Part shown: piece after piece, positions 55,901 through 63,742 of the stretch | How the letters are laid out: the number at the start of each line of letters is the position of its first letter | Position numbering within the stretch: the stretch's first letter is position 1 | Assembly: GCA_905178155.1 (NCBI GenBank) | Contig: CAJINV010000015.1 | Coordinates: 271,309-335,308, forward strand | DNA length: 64,000 nt | Source of the DNA: Amoebophrya sp. A120 | Taxonomy: Eukaryota; Protista; Dinoflagellata | Direction: 5' to 3' | Translations under genes and position numbers: made by a program | The notes under the pieces: generated by a model | Seen by the model: only the letters and a program-made list of their open reading frames with translations | Told to the model about the DNA's origin: nothing | Databases searched by the model: none

Positions 55901-58900
55901 CTCCGAGTCCTCAGATGGAGAGTCCTCATCTTCTGAGTCGCTGGGCTCCGACGAGGAGTCGGTGCTCCCCGGTGATTTTTTCTTCTGCTTCTGTTTGTCT
56001 TTCTTCCCACCGACCGCCTTTTTACCGGCACTGGAGGCTTGTCCCCTCGTGCTGTCGCTTCCAGCTCCTGCGGGTGTTTGTGGAGATGAACGCGGGTCCA
56101 TGTCCACATCCGCGTTTATCTCTCCTGAAACAGCTGCGGTCTGCCCGTCTTGTTGATGGTCCTGCATAATATGATCGCCTCCACCCAGTGCTGCACCACC
56201 CCCGAGGTGGAAGGCAGAAGTGCCTCCACTACCACCCTGCAGCGCCGCGGAGATGCCGATCTGCACGAGGTCTAGAGAAGAGCTGCTCTTCCGTTCCGTC
56301 TGCTGCAGAATCAGCTCACCGAGCAATCGTGTCAAGCTAGTTCTGCTCTTTTTGCCGCGGTCCTGCTTTGGCGCCTCAAACTCCTCTTTCAGCACGGAAA
56401 TCTTGGTGTTGTCCATGCTGGTAATGCCACCTGCGATGTGATCATTTGTAAAAACGTCCCCAGCCCAGAGTCAAGATGGAGATTTTGCAACACAAACCTT
56501 GAAGCTTTGGGAGCCACGCATGACAAGTTGCAGACTGTAGTGTAATACAGTTTAGCAATGGAAGATGAAGCCGCATAGAAAAGCCATCTCCTTATACTGT
56601 TTACAGCATTACAAGTTCCAAAACACAATGGGAAATGCCTCTCATGGGTATGCGCATTACAAATGCTCTTGTGCTTGGAGATGTGCATGACAACTCTGGG
56701 GTGTTTTATGTACTGGAAAAGACCAAATATAATGACAACTCTGGGGTGGGGATGTTTTTGCACCGGATAGATGAGATCCAAGAACGAGTCCGTCAAGTAG
56801 CTCACGACCGCCTGATTGCACCCGGAGGTTGTAGAGGGGGAAGAGCCACCAGATTGAGCGCCGGCAAATGACGGGTCTGCCAGGTAGGTTTGCAAAGCGG
56901 AAACCAGGCTCATATGCGACGACGCATGTTGAAAGTTATTCCCATCGCTCACGCGCGGAATCTCGAAGGTTCCGTCTTCGTTATCGCACGAAAAAAACAG
57001 GTTTAGTGTAACTTTCTATGGAGGAATAGCATCACAAGTTTTCTCTGCATGACACAGAAAACCTGTCATGCGTAGCTAGTACGTGAAAACACGCGCGAAA
57101 AGAGCCTCTGATGCATGTCCAGCGTGACAGCTGATATTGTCTTGCGTCGTCTGCAATACAAAGTTCGACTTACACAGTTTTTTTCCTGCGATATTCGTTC
57201 CTCGGCGTGTCGTACAACTCATTTTCGCCGTATCAAATGTAAAAATGTCTGGGTCTGGAAGAATCCGAACTTGTGATGCTAAATTTGGACTCTAAAAATA
57301 TCTGTATTGCATGACCAGCAAGAGGAGCCACATTTGTGCTACGCGAGGAGGGCATTTGTCATGCGGAAATGGCATCAGGAAGCCTTCCAAAAATCTGTGA
57401 TGCTGGGTCATGCATTACAAGCATCATGGGTCATGCCAGACAAGCATGACAAGCCTTGCATTCTTCCAGACCCAGACACTTTTGCAATGCATACGCCGTC
57501 GGACTCGCCACCGTCGTTATCTGACTCGTTTTTCTCTTCCTCTGCTACCATCTTTTGCACGGATTTCGCTACAGCTTCTTTTCTGCTCTCTTTCTGCTCG
57601 GCGTCGTCGGCGGCCGTGTTGCCAGTCGCATCGGCGGTAGTGGCGAGATGGTCGCCAGCGGTACCCGACTGCCCTCCCATCTGCATCGCCGAATGTCCGT
57701 GGCCCTCTTCATCGTCTTCATTTTCGCTATTGTCGCCATTCTCAGTCATATTCTCGTCATTATCGCTGTCCCCAGGCGGAGTTTCATCCGCTGCTCCTTC
57801 ACTACTCCTAGAAGGGGCATGATTACTGCCTTGGCGCTGATCGGAAGACAGCCCTGTAGCCGTAGCGCCGTCCTCCTCTGTGTCACCGAACATTGAACTG
57901 GGGTCCCGCACTCTTGGTTCCACATCCGGCGCGGGTTGTACTTTCACCGGCGGGATAAACTCTTTGTACTTGTTATCCGAAGGAAAAATCCCCCCTCCCC
58001 ATATCAAGAAGGTGCTTCTCAGAAAATTTGTGTTGCTGATTTGTGACCACAAATCCTTGTGTCTTGCAAGAAGGCAACTCTACAGTCTCCGCCGCACTAT
58101 GCGGCCAATTTGTGACGTTACTTGAGCAACAGCATAGACATTTGTGATGCTAAGCGTCCACGTCAGAAGCTCTGTACTCAGGCACGGCGTATGCCTGCAG
58201 TCCTCTACTGCAGGACAGCTCTGATTTGTGTACACAAATCCAGCTTCAGAAACTCCGTTTTGATATGGGGAGGGGGGATTTTTCCTTTCGATACTTGTAG
58301 ATTTTCCGGGCCCCCGTCTGCGCTCCGCCAGTAAGAAAGGGGAAGGAGTGCGTGCTCATCAAGCCCGTGTTTGAACTACTTCCGCTCGCGTGGTCTTTCT
58401 GCTCGGGCGCCGGTTCGGCCGTGACTTTTTTGGTGCCAATGACTTGGTCGTACAGGCGGAGTTGCAAAATCGCGCGCTGCCGCAACGTGAACATCACCGA
58501 GTTCAAAGTTTCTTTCAAACCCCCAGTAGAACCAGAGTTACCTCCACTACCCGAGGGCGACCCCGTAGCGTCGAACGTGACCGGGGTTTGCGCCTGCAGC
58601 CACTGGGCGTGTAAGAAAACGGACTTCGCGATCTGCTTCTGCAGAGCCTCGTGCTCCAGCTTTTGTTGGTGAGCAAAGGCCGGCGAAATCATGAACCCAA
58701 GGTTCTTTTGATCATCCTCGTGCCGGACTCTGCTTTGACGTAGTTGCATTTGTCCACGCTTCAACATCCAAGAACTACTAGAAACCGCTGCAGATGCTGA
58801 CCGTCTTGCCAACCAGCTGGTAATCACCGGCGTGTTTGAAGCTAGGAAGACGTGCGCCAATTCCGCAACTTCCTCGTTCTGCAATAATGAAGACACTTCC

Positions 58901-61900
58901 ACGGTGGCTCTACTTCCCGCCGTGGTTGCACCAGAAAAGGCGACGTCTACTTGGTCGGTCGCGTGCGCGACGTGGCGCTGCAGAATGTAGAACGCATCCG
59001 TGACACGGGACTCCTCGGGGGCAACGCGGAAGAAGGAGGAAGCAAAGGCATCCATGCTTTCGGTGTTCCGGATATCAAAGGGAAAAATCCCCCCACCCCA
59101 TATCGACATGGAAATCTGTGACGCGGGATCTGTGTACACAAATCGGCTCTGTCTTGCAGTAGAGACCTGCAGACAGATACGAAGCGGGATTAAGGGTGTT
59201 TTGGTGTAGGCCCCTAGCAAGGTAGAGACATTCTCTGTAGGCCGGACAGCATGACAAATTGCCTGCAGAACGCGGCGGGGTTTTTTTAAGTATTTGTCTT
59301 CTTGCAATACAGAGACGATTTGTGACCTCAAATCAGCATCACAAATTTTGAGAAGCATCCCGTTCTGGTTTGGGGAGGGGGAATTCTTCCTCACAATACC
59401 GGAAGTGACGCGTGAACTCGAGCTGCATCGCCGCGAAAACCTCTTTATCCTCTGCAAAAGTATCGCACTCGTATGAGTGGCAGTGTTCGTTCGTTCGTTG
59501 TGGATCGGCTCTGCCGACCGGGTAACCCAACGCCTTGCATACAAATGACCGACTTAGGCGAACCCCGTTGCGGGACGTTGTATGACAGATCTATCATCTT
59601 ACCTCAGTCAGCATTACAAATTCTATTTTTCCTTTTGCAAAAATTTGTCATGCTCTTTGGGACTAGTACGATACTTTTGATGCACTGCATATTCTTCTCG
59701 CTCCCTGGTCAAATCTTTGGCAATGAAAAAGTTCACCTTCGGTTCGAAAATGCTCGTCGCACTGCCCTGGTGCAGCTGTGTACTGATTTGCTCGCGCTGC
59801 AGCGCGGCCGTGGAAGGACTTGCGGTTCCTCTGGCTTGCTGTTGTTGTTCAGCATCGCGCTCAACATCGGTGCTGGAGCCTCCGGAGGTTGACGTTCGTC
59901 CCATCCACCAGCTTCGTCCTGCGCTCGAGGCACCAGCCTGCCCAGGACTACCTGCTGACCCCCCACTCCTATCAAATGCAAATATGTCTCGGTCTGGAAG
60001 CTAGCTCAAGCTTGTGATGCTGTTTGGCGAATCATGTGAGCGCCTTCATTGACAGCTAAGCGTGACAAGTTTTGGAGTTGCTATAGTGTTGCCTATCTGC
60101 CTGACAAACTGCGTTTCTGCATGATAGAGAAACTACTTGGCTTTTCGGCGGCGTGCATGACAGATCGTTGAGAGCCATGCTAGCCGTGCATGACAAATCC
60201 TGCATTCTTACTTCCAGACCCAGATCGATATTTGCAAACCATAACTTCCGCCCCCTCCCGACTGCTTTTGCGGCCCCTTTCCGTTCTCGGCAAAAACCTG
60301 GTCGCGGAGGTTTCGCACAACAACGTCAAAGTCCTGGGCTTTCAGCAGCGATTTAAACACCGCACTGCGGGCATTGGTGAAGGTGTGAAAGATTTTCAGC
60401 GCCAAAAGCTCGTTGGAAAGTTTCGCTTCAATCAAGTCGCTTGTCTTATCAAATGTAAAAATGTCTGGGTCTGGAAGATTGCAACTTGTCATGCTAAATC
60501 TGCAGCATGCAAAAATCTGTGCTGCATGATTACCAAAAGTCGTCTAGTTTGACCAAGTCGGGAGGTAGTTTCTCATGCAGGATAGGCATTAGAAAGGTCG
60601 CGCAGAATCTGTCATGCTAGGTCCTGCATTCCAGACCTCATGGGTCATGGAAAAGCAGCATGACAAATCGCGCATTCTTCCAGACCAAGACATTTTTACA
60701 TTTGATATGTCTTCCAGTGGTACAAAACTTCCGGCCGGACCGTAGTGGCGATGATGCTGTCGGGATTGTTGTTCAAGAAAATCTCATCGAAAATGCCCTT
60801 CATTTCCTGTTATCAAATGTAAAAATGTCTGGGTCTGGAAACTTGTGATGCTGGTTGGCGTCTCATGATGAGGTTACAAATGCTGGCTCAGCATGACAAG
60901 TTTCTGAGCTCCTAGGTGTTGCCTATTCTGCATGACAAACTGCCCTTCTGCATCACAGAAAAACGGAGCTCTTGGGTAACGTGCATGACAGATTTAAGAG
61001 TCATGCCAGACAATCATGACAAACATGAATTCTTCCAGACCCAGACATTTTTACAGTTGATACCTGTTGGCGCTCGATTCTTTCCCGCATGTTCGAAGAT
61101 GAGGTCGTCGGCAAAAACGCCTGCGCANCTTCCAGACCCAGACATTTTTACAGTTGATACCTGTTGGCGCTCGATTCTTTCCCGCATGTTCGAAGATGAG
61201 GTCGTCGGCAAAAACGCCTGCGCAGAGGACGAAAACGGGGAACTGCTCGGAAGTAGGGGATTCAAGCGGCGAAGTGTGTCCAGGGGGATGAGGAAATACC
61301 GTTGCAGCAAACTGTTCCGCGCGATGGTCGAGACGATTTCCGGTCGGTACTGCACGCGTAGCAGTTTTGGCTTCGGATTATACATGTTGATGTGCTGCGA
61401 GTTTGCACTTGTGCTTGTCCCAAGCGACGCATTCAGCATATCCCGATGCTTTACGATTTGCGCAAACTCTTTCTGCTTTTTGCGCAGCAGTTGGTGCATG
61501 TTGTAGTGGAAAACTTTCGCTTTCGGGATCTTCTTCGCCGATGTCCTGTCGCGAGACGGCAGGCCTTGTTGTCCTCCATCAGGAGCTCTATTCCTGCTAG
61601 TACCCCCAGCTCTCGTCGCCGTGCCAGCTGCAACACCGTCTGCTTGGTCGGCCGAGTCGGAAGACTTTCCCAGCACAATGTGCGAGAGCAAGTTGGGCAG
61701 TACGGCATTGGGGTTCAACATGGAGGAATGGCCGCTAGTAGAGGTGGCAGCTCCACTGTGCTGCTGCAAAGAATATTCTTCAATGACGCGGCGGTCACCC
61801 TCACCCATCTCGAGATTCAGACGCAGCATCTCGGTGAATTTGCCCAGCAAGTCTTGCAGGACCGGCAAGCCGGGCTGCTGGTCCTCTCGTGCAAGAAAAG

Positions 61901-63742
61901 TAGACTGCTTCGTCCTTTTCTGGCAGGAGTAAGCATCTGTGCACGATGCAGCTCCTGTTCCAGCGTTGAGGAAGAAGGCGTGCAACTGGGCTTTCTTCCT
62001 CTCGAAAATCAGTTTTTGCACCGCAAACTTCTTCACCGCGCGTTGCATACGGCCACGGACAATCGGCAGCATCTCGTGCGCCACTCTGTTCGACTTCTTG
62101 TCGTCTGCTGTTGGGTCATACCACGGTGATTCAGCTCGCACGTTCCAGTCCCTTAGCAAGGCTATGGGAGTGTCGAGTTTTTCCGCCCAAGCCGCTTTAT
62201 TTTTGATCGTCTTTTGCATTGTCTCCTGTTTTTCCATCACGTCCACTGCGACCTTAAACAAGGTCCTCCCGAGCGCCCGCAGCTCGTCCTCGGAACACCA
62301 GCGTCCTAACGCCGCTACTTCGCCGGGGGACAGGCGCACGGCCTCAGTCTGAGTTTCCAGAAATTCTCCGAGACGCTTCAGCTCTTCAGCCTTCACCTTT
62401 TCGGACTGTTCTCCAAATTGCAGCGAGTTAATAGCGGGCTTCTCAGCACGATCTCCAAGGAGGGCCCGGATGTCGAGAAGCATCGCCAGGCGTTCTCCGA
62501 CTCGTTTCAGGGGTGAGGATTCCGGGGCGAAAGCTGCTTCTGACTCGGGAGTGAGCGCGTCCGCGACCCGATAGCGCTGGAGCCAGTGGGCACCGGTAGA
62601 GGAAACGAACGGGATGTACTTATTGTTCCTGGCTTCCCAGTGAAGGACCTCATTGTTTGTTGGGTCGTTTTCTCTGATGGGCCCGAAAAGGTCATCAAAC
62701 ACACCGAAAATTATGGATGCGTCAGGTTTGAAATGGTCAAAGTTGAAATGGTTTGTCATGCATAAAACGGATACCAGTTAGACCTACAGTTTGTAGTCGG
62801 CGCATGACAAATTTTCCCGGTCCTGGAAGCGAGTCTGTCATGCGGTTTAGGGCAAAAGAGCTGCCTTCTGTCATGCTAGTCAGCAGTCCAACTCCTGACC
62901 CTTATCAGGACTACAATCTGCCTTCCGTGCGTCCTCTGCAATAGAGTCACTTTTTGAATCGCATTTTATGCATGACAAACCATTTCAACTTTGTCGATTT
63001 CAACTCTGACACAACCATAAAAATCTCTCTGAGATTCTCGACCCGACTCTCGGAAATCGCCTTCTGGAGGGCCGTATCAAATGCAAAAGTGTCTGGGTCT
63101 GGAAGATAATTACCAGGTTTGTCATGCATATTTTGGATGACCCATGATGTCTGTGATGCACGCTCTAGCATCACAGATTTTTAGAGGACTTTGCGATGCC
63201 TCTGCCGCAAGAGAAATGCCCTCTCCGCGTAGCACGAACTGGAGTTCTCTTGCTGGTCACTCATGCAATACAAATTTTTTCAGAATCCAGAGACAGCATT
63301 ACAAGTTTAGAACCTTCCAGACCCAGACATTTTTGCATTTCATAGGCCCAACCCAGACTCTGTGCGGCATGCCCGACATCCACATCTTCCTCGGAGGTCG
63401 ACGAAGTTTTTCGCAGCCTGGAAGTCGATCCTCTCTGCTATGGCGTTCTCAACTGTTACACTCTCAACTGTTGCATGGACTTGTGATGCAAGAATGGGAA
63501 AAGTGAAAGGGGGGGCATTACGCGTCTTGCATGACAGATTTGGCAAAGATTATCATCCTGTTTCGTTTGGCCCTTCCAGGATTTGTCACGCAGAACAGCT
63601 TGATCGTGTAGACTAGATGATCATGGTGCTTTTGCATGAGAAATCATGTAACAGTTGAGAATGTAACATTTGAGAACGCCATATCTGTCGAGTCGGCGAG
63701 GCTGCGTCCTCTTCCACATCCAGGAAAACATCTGCGCCAGCA
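270..63742 (-). CDS. Giant 5'-partial multi-exon gene, ~14,190 codons after splicing; unknown function (helical/coiled-coil blocks alternating with S/G/A/Q/E/D-rich low-complexity linkers)
   Basis: All long ORFs are on the minus strand and run into TIR elements. The frame stays continuous and stop-free when each element+5 bp, the GT-AG intron 49594-50847 and the 97-nt N-gap duplication are removed. First in-frame stop is TAG at 270-272 (3' end uncertain). Confidence 0.85.
1993..2201. mobile_element. Introner/non-canonical intron, family D
   Basis: TIR tatccaagaaaaaaactg / cagtttttttcttgcata; DR tgtac. Confidence 0.9.
2306..2558. mobile_element. Introner, family A
   Basis: TIR core aaaaatgtctgggtctggaa; DR tgctt. 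Confidence 0.9.
2637..2878. mobile_element. Introner, family C
   Basis: TIR tatgg..tcaaacgt.acattctcaa; DR attct. Confidence 0.9.
3096..3357. mobile_element. Introner, family A
   Basis: A-type TIR (right end ggta); DR caaat. Confidence 0.9.
3490..3803. mobile_element. Introner, family A (degenerate)
   Basis: Decayed A-type TIR; DR cacga/aacaa; frame restored. Confidence 0.8.
3804..6231 (-). CDS. Large internal exon of the giant gene
   Basis: Core of ORF 3744..6287, bounded by TIR elements. Confidence 0.9.
6232..6522. mobile_element. Introner, family B
   Basis: TIR tatcctg.gtaaaaacgt.cccac.cca; DR tgagg. Confidence 0.9.
6628..6898. mobile_element. Introner, family A
   Basis: A-type TIR; DR tccct. 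Confidence 0.9.
6899..10732 (-). CDS. Large internal exon of the giant gene
   Basis: Core of ORF 6836..10774. Confidence 0.9.
10733..11011. mobile_element. Introner, family B
   Basis: B-type TIR; DR tcccc. Confidence 0.9.
11062..11276. mobile_element. Introner, family D
   Basis: D-type TIR; DR ctgga. Confidence 0.9.
11277..14084 (-). CDS. Large internal exon (contains a predicted coiled coil)
   Basis: ORF 11132..14029 extends open to 14084. Confidence 0.9.
14085..14349. mobile_element. Introner, family A
   Basis: A-type TIR; DR gtttc. Confidence 0.9.
14350..16802 (-). CDS. Large internal exon of the giant gene
   Basis: Core of ORF 14231..16957. Confidence 0.9.
16803..17127. mobile_element. 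Introner, family A (strongly degenerate)
   Basis: Remnant gggtctggaa / ttccagacgcagac; DR tgccg/tggtg; frame restored. Confidence 0.7.
17540..17833. mobile_element. Introner, family B
   Basis: B-type TIR; DR ttttg. Confidence 0.9.
17960..18212. mobile_element. Introner, family A (inverted near-copy of 2306-2558)
   Basis: A-type TIR; DR ctttg. Confidence 0.9.
18295..18529. mobile_element. Introner, family C
   Basis: C-type TIR; DR tccgc. Confidence 0.9.
18640..18921. mobile_element. Introner, family B
   Basis: B-type TIR; DR gaaga. Confidence 0.9.
19027..19355. mobile_element. Introner, family E
   Basis: TIR tat..ggaaaa.cccccctccccatat; DR accgc. Confidence 0.9.
20040..20248. mobile_element. 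Introner, family D
   Basis: D-type TIR; DR ttttt. Confidence 0.9.
20249..21527 (-). CDS. Internal exon
   Basis: ORF 20225..21478 extends open to 21527. Confidence 0.85.
21528..21794. mobile_element. Introner, family A
   Basis: A-type TIR; DR ccgtc. Confidence 0.9.
22087..22336. mobile_element. Introner, family A
   Basis: A-type TIR; DR ttcgg. Confidence 0.9.
22394..22673. mobile_element. Introner, family B
   Basis: B-type TIR; DR ccggc. Confidence 0.9.
23273..23512. mobile_element. Introner, family F (long, divergent interior)
   Basis: TIR tat..tgcaaaagtatcgcact; DR gctcc/ggtcc. Confidence 0.8.
24489..24754. mobile_element. Introner, family A
   Basis: A-type TIR; DR atgcc/gtgcc. Confidence 0.9.
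24755..26480 (-). CDS. Internal exon
   Basis: ORF 24337..26454 extends open to 26480. Confidence 0.85.
26481..26787. mobile_element. Introner, family E-like
   Basis: TIR tatgaaaatgaaaaatgcccc / ggggcatttttcattgtaata; DR ggtat. Confidence 0.85.
26832..27082. mobile_element. Introner, family A
   Basis: A-type TIR; DR gaaca. Confidence 0.9.
27269..27428. mobile_element. Introner, family F
   Basis: F-type TIR; DR tcccg. Confidence 0.9.
27429..28520 (-). CDS. Internal exon
   Basis: ORF 27398..28471 extends open to 28520. Confidence 0.85.
28521..28807. mobile_element. Introner, family B
   Basis: B-type TIR; DR tggtc. Confidence 0.9.
28808..30005 (-). CDS. Internal exon
   Basis: Core of ORF 28800..30056. 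Confidence 0.85.
30006..30159. mobile_element. Introner, family F
   Basis: F-type TIR; DR gattt. Confidence 0.9.
30204..30476. mobile_element. Introner, family A
   Basis: A-type TIR; DR ttcaa. Confidence 0.9.
30563..30770. mobile_element. Introner, family D-like
   Basis: TIR tatggagagaaaaaag / cttttttcttttgata; DR tcctg. Confidence 0.85.
30830..31085. mobile_element. Introner, family A
   Basis: A-type TIR; DR gccgc. Confidence 0.9.
31306..31626. mobile_element. Introner, family E
   Basis: E-type TIR (left end cat); DR ggcgg/agcgg. Confidence 0.9.
31627..33969 (-). CDS. Large internal exon
   Basis: Core of ORF 31579..34035. Confidence 0.9.
33970..34294. mobile_element. Introner, family E
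   Basis: E-type TIR; DR tgttg. Confidence 0.9.
34778..35029. mobile_element. Introner, family A
   Basis: A-type TIR; DR ggagc. Confidence 0.9.
35080..35224. mobile_element. Introner, family F
   Basis: F-type TIR; DR tgcct/tagct. Confidence 0.85.
36014..36333. mobile_element. Introner, family E
   Basis: E-type TIR; DR gaggg/caggg. Confidence 0.9.
36869..37118. mobile_element. Introner, family A
   Basis: A-type TIR; DR tttcg. Confidence 0.9.
37170..37314. mobile_element. Introner, family F
   Basis: F-type TIR; DR cagat. Confidence 0.9.
38307..38556. mobile_element. Introner, family A
   Basis: A-type TIR; DR cctgt. Confidence 0.9.
38600..38838. mobile_element. Introner, family C
   Basis: C-type TIR; DR tcatc. 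Confidence 0.9.
38839..41848 (-). CDS. Large internal exon
   Basis: Core of ORF 38726..41956. Confidence 0.9.
41849..43184. mobile_element. Large 1336-bp TIR element/intron, family G
   Basis: ~60-bp TIR tatgg..gtcaacgacgcttttttcaagtatgctga.aatttt; perfect DR tttga; GC-rich interior; frame restored on removal. Confidence 0.9.
43688..43932. mobile_element. Introner, family C
   Basis: C-type TIR; DR ccact. Confidence 0.9.
43984..44266. mobile_element. Introner, family B
   Basis: B-type TIR; DR tgtcg. Confidence 0.9.
45070..45307. mobile_element. Introner, family C
   Basis: C-type TIR; DR aggca/aggcg. Confidence 0.9.
46079..46229. mobile_element. Introner, family F
   Basis: F-type TIR; DR ggggc/tgggc. 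Confidence 0.9.
46276..46537. mobile_element. Introner, family A
   Basis: A-type TIR; DR ctatg. Confidence 0.9.
46538..47578 (-). CDS. Internal exon
   Basis: Core of ORF 46419..47783. Confidence 0.85.
47579..47840. mobile_element. Introner, family A
   Basis: A-type TIR; DR cacag. Confidence 0.9.
47980..48230. mobile_element. Introner, family A (inverted near-copy of 26832-27082)
   Basis: A-type TIR; DR gcgtt/gcgtg. Confidence 0.9.
48300..48583. mobile_element. Introner, family B
   Basis: B-type TIR; DR gtctt. Confidence 0.9.
48655..48819. mobile_element. Introner, family F
   Basis: F-type TIR; DR accgc/tcctc. Confidence 0.85.
48983..49140. mobile_element. Introner, family F
   Basis: F-type TIR; DR cctca. 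Confidence 0.9.
49594..50847 (-). other. Canonical GT-AG intron (1254 nt) flanked by 7-bp direct repeat AGGTACC
   Basis: Sense strand CAAG|GTACCT...GATCAG|GTACC; length is a multiple of 3; joins ..SCRPQ-GT-NRAEG.. in frame and removes stops at 50840 and 49625. Confidence 0.75.
51008..51272. mobile_element. Introner, family A (left tip resembles F/B)
   Basis: tatcctgtgcaaacatgtctgggtctggaag; DR aggac/acgac. Confidence 0.9.
51778..52068. mobile_element. Introner, family B
   Basis: B-type TIR; DR gtaga. Confidence 0.9.
52146..52298. mobile_element. Introner, family F
   Basis: F-type TIR; DR tcgcc/tcggc. Confidence 0.9.
52620..52939. mobile_element. Introner, family E
   Basis: E-type TIR; DR gccga. 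Confidence 0.9.
53046..53297. mobile_element. Introner, family A (DR lost)
   Basis: A-type TIR; flanks agaaa/ggcgc; removal of element+5 still restores frame. Confidence 0.85.
53350..53500. mobile_element. Introner, family F
   Basis: F-type TIR; DR aatta/agttc. Confidence 0.85.
53748..54059. mobile_element. Introner, family E
   Basis: E-type TIR; DR tggtc/ttgtc. Confidence 0.9.
54524..54792. mobile_element. Introner, family A
   Basis: A-type TIR; DR cgctc. Confidence 0.9.
54893..55171. mobile_element. Introner, family B (near-copy of 18640-18921)
   Basis: B-type TIR; DR gggtg. Confidence 0.9.
55172..56439 (-). CDS. Internal exon
   Basis: ORF 55160..56416 extends open to 56439. Confidence 0.85.
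56440..56769. mobile_element. Introner, family B (left end gat; duplicated subterminal segment)
   Basis: B-type TIR; DR gatgt/gatga; atgacaactctggggtg occurs twice near the right end. Confidence 0.85.
56982..57193. mobile_element. Introner, family D
   Basis: D-type TIR; DR ttcgt. Confidence 0.9.
57231..57493. mobile_element. Introner, family A
   Basis: A-type TIR; DR cgccg. Confidence 0.9.
57974..58293. mobile_element. Introner, family E
   Basis: E-type TIR; DR cttgt. Confidence 0.9.
59073..59398. mobile_element. Introner, family E
   Basis: E-type TIR; DR ccgga. Confidence 0.9.
59446..59691. mobile_element. Introner, family F with extra internal sequence
   Basis: F-type TIR; DR ctctt/ttctt; ~90 bp longer than typical F. 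Confidence 0.85.
59970..60243. mobile_element. Introner, family A
   Basis: A-type TIR; DR actcc/acttc. Confidence 0.85.
60447..60707. mobile_element. Introner, family A
   Basis: A-type TIR; DR tgtct. Confidence 0.9.
60811..61062. mobile_element. Introner, family A
   Basis: A-type TIR; DR cctgt; right end is repeated after the N gap (ending 61159). Confidence 0.9.
61032..61224. repeat. Exact 96-bp tandem duplication around a single N (probable scaffolding artefact)
   Basis: 61032-61127 = 61129-61224, N at 61128; removing 97 nt restores the frame. Confidence 0.9.
61160..62711 (-). CDS. Internal exon
   Basis: Core of ORF 61014..62759. Confidence 0.85.
62712..63019. mobile_element. Introner, family H (single copy here)
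   Basis: ~55-bp TIR tatgg.tg.gtcag..ttgaaat...caaagttgaaatggtttgtcatgcataaaa; DR aaaat. Confidence 0.85.
63075..63344. mobile_element. Introner, family A
   Basis: A-type TIR; DR ggccg/ggccc. Confidence 0.9.
63439..63683. mobile_element. Introner, family C
   Basis: C-type TIR; DR tctgc/tctgt. Confidence 0.9.

Noticed and set aside
61032-61224. Tandem duplication as a biological event
   Set aside because: Exact 96-bp copy on each side of a single N, typical of an unmerged contig overlap; removing it restores the frame.
46-63616. Plus-strand ORFs and short ORFs with KMSGSG / CKNVWVWK / FQTQTFLH peptides
   Set aside because: They are antisense shadows of the real exons or translations of the family A TIR, not genes.
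2306-63683. Dispersed repeats as a CRISPR array
   Set aside because: The repeats are inverted pairs around 150-330 bp interiors, separated by coding exons of variable length; no cas genes.
270-63742. A pseudogene riddled with MITEs
   Set aside because: About 42 kb of exon with no stop or frameshift, despite old decayed inserts, implies ongoing purifying selection.
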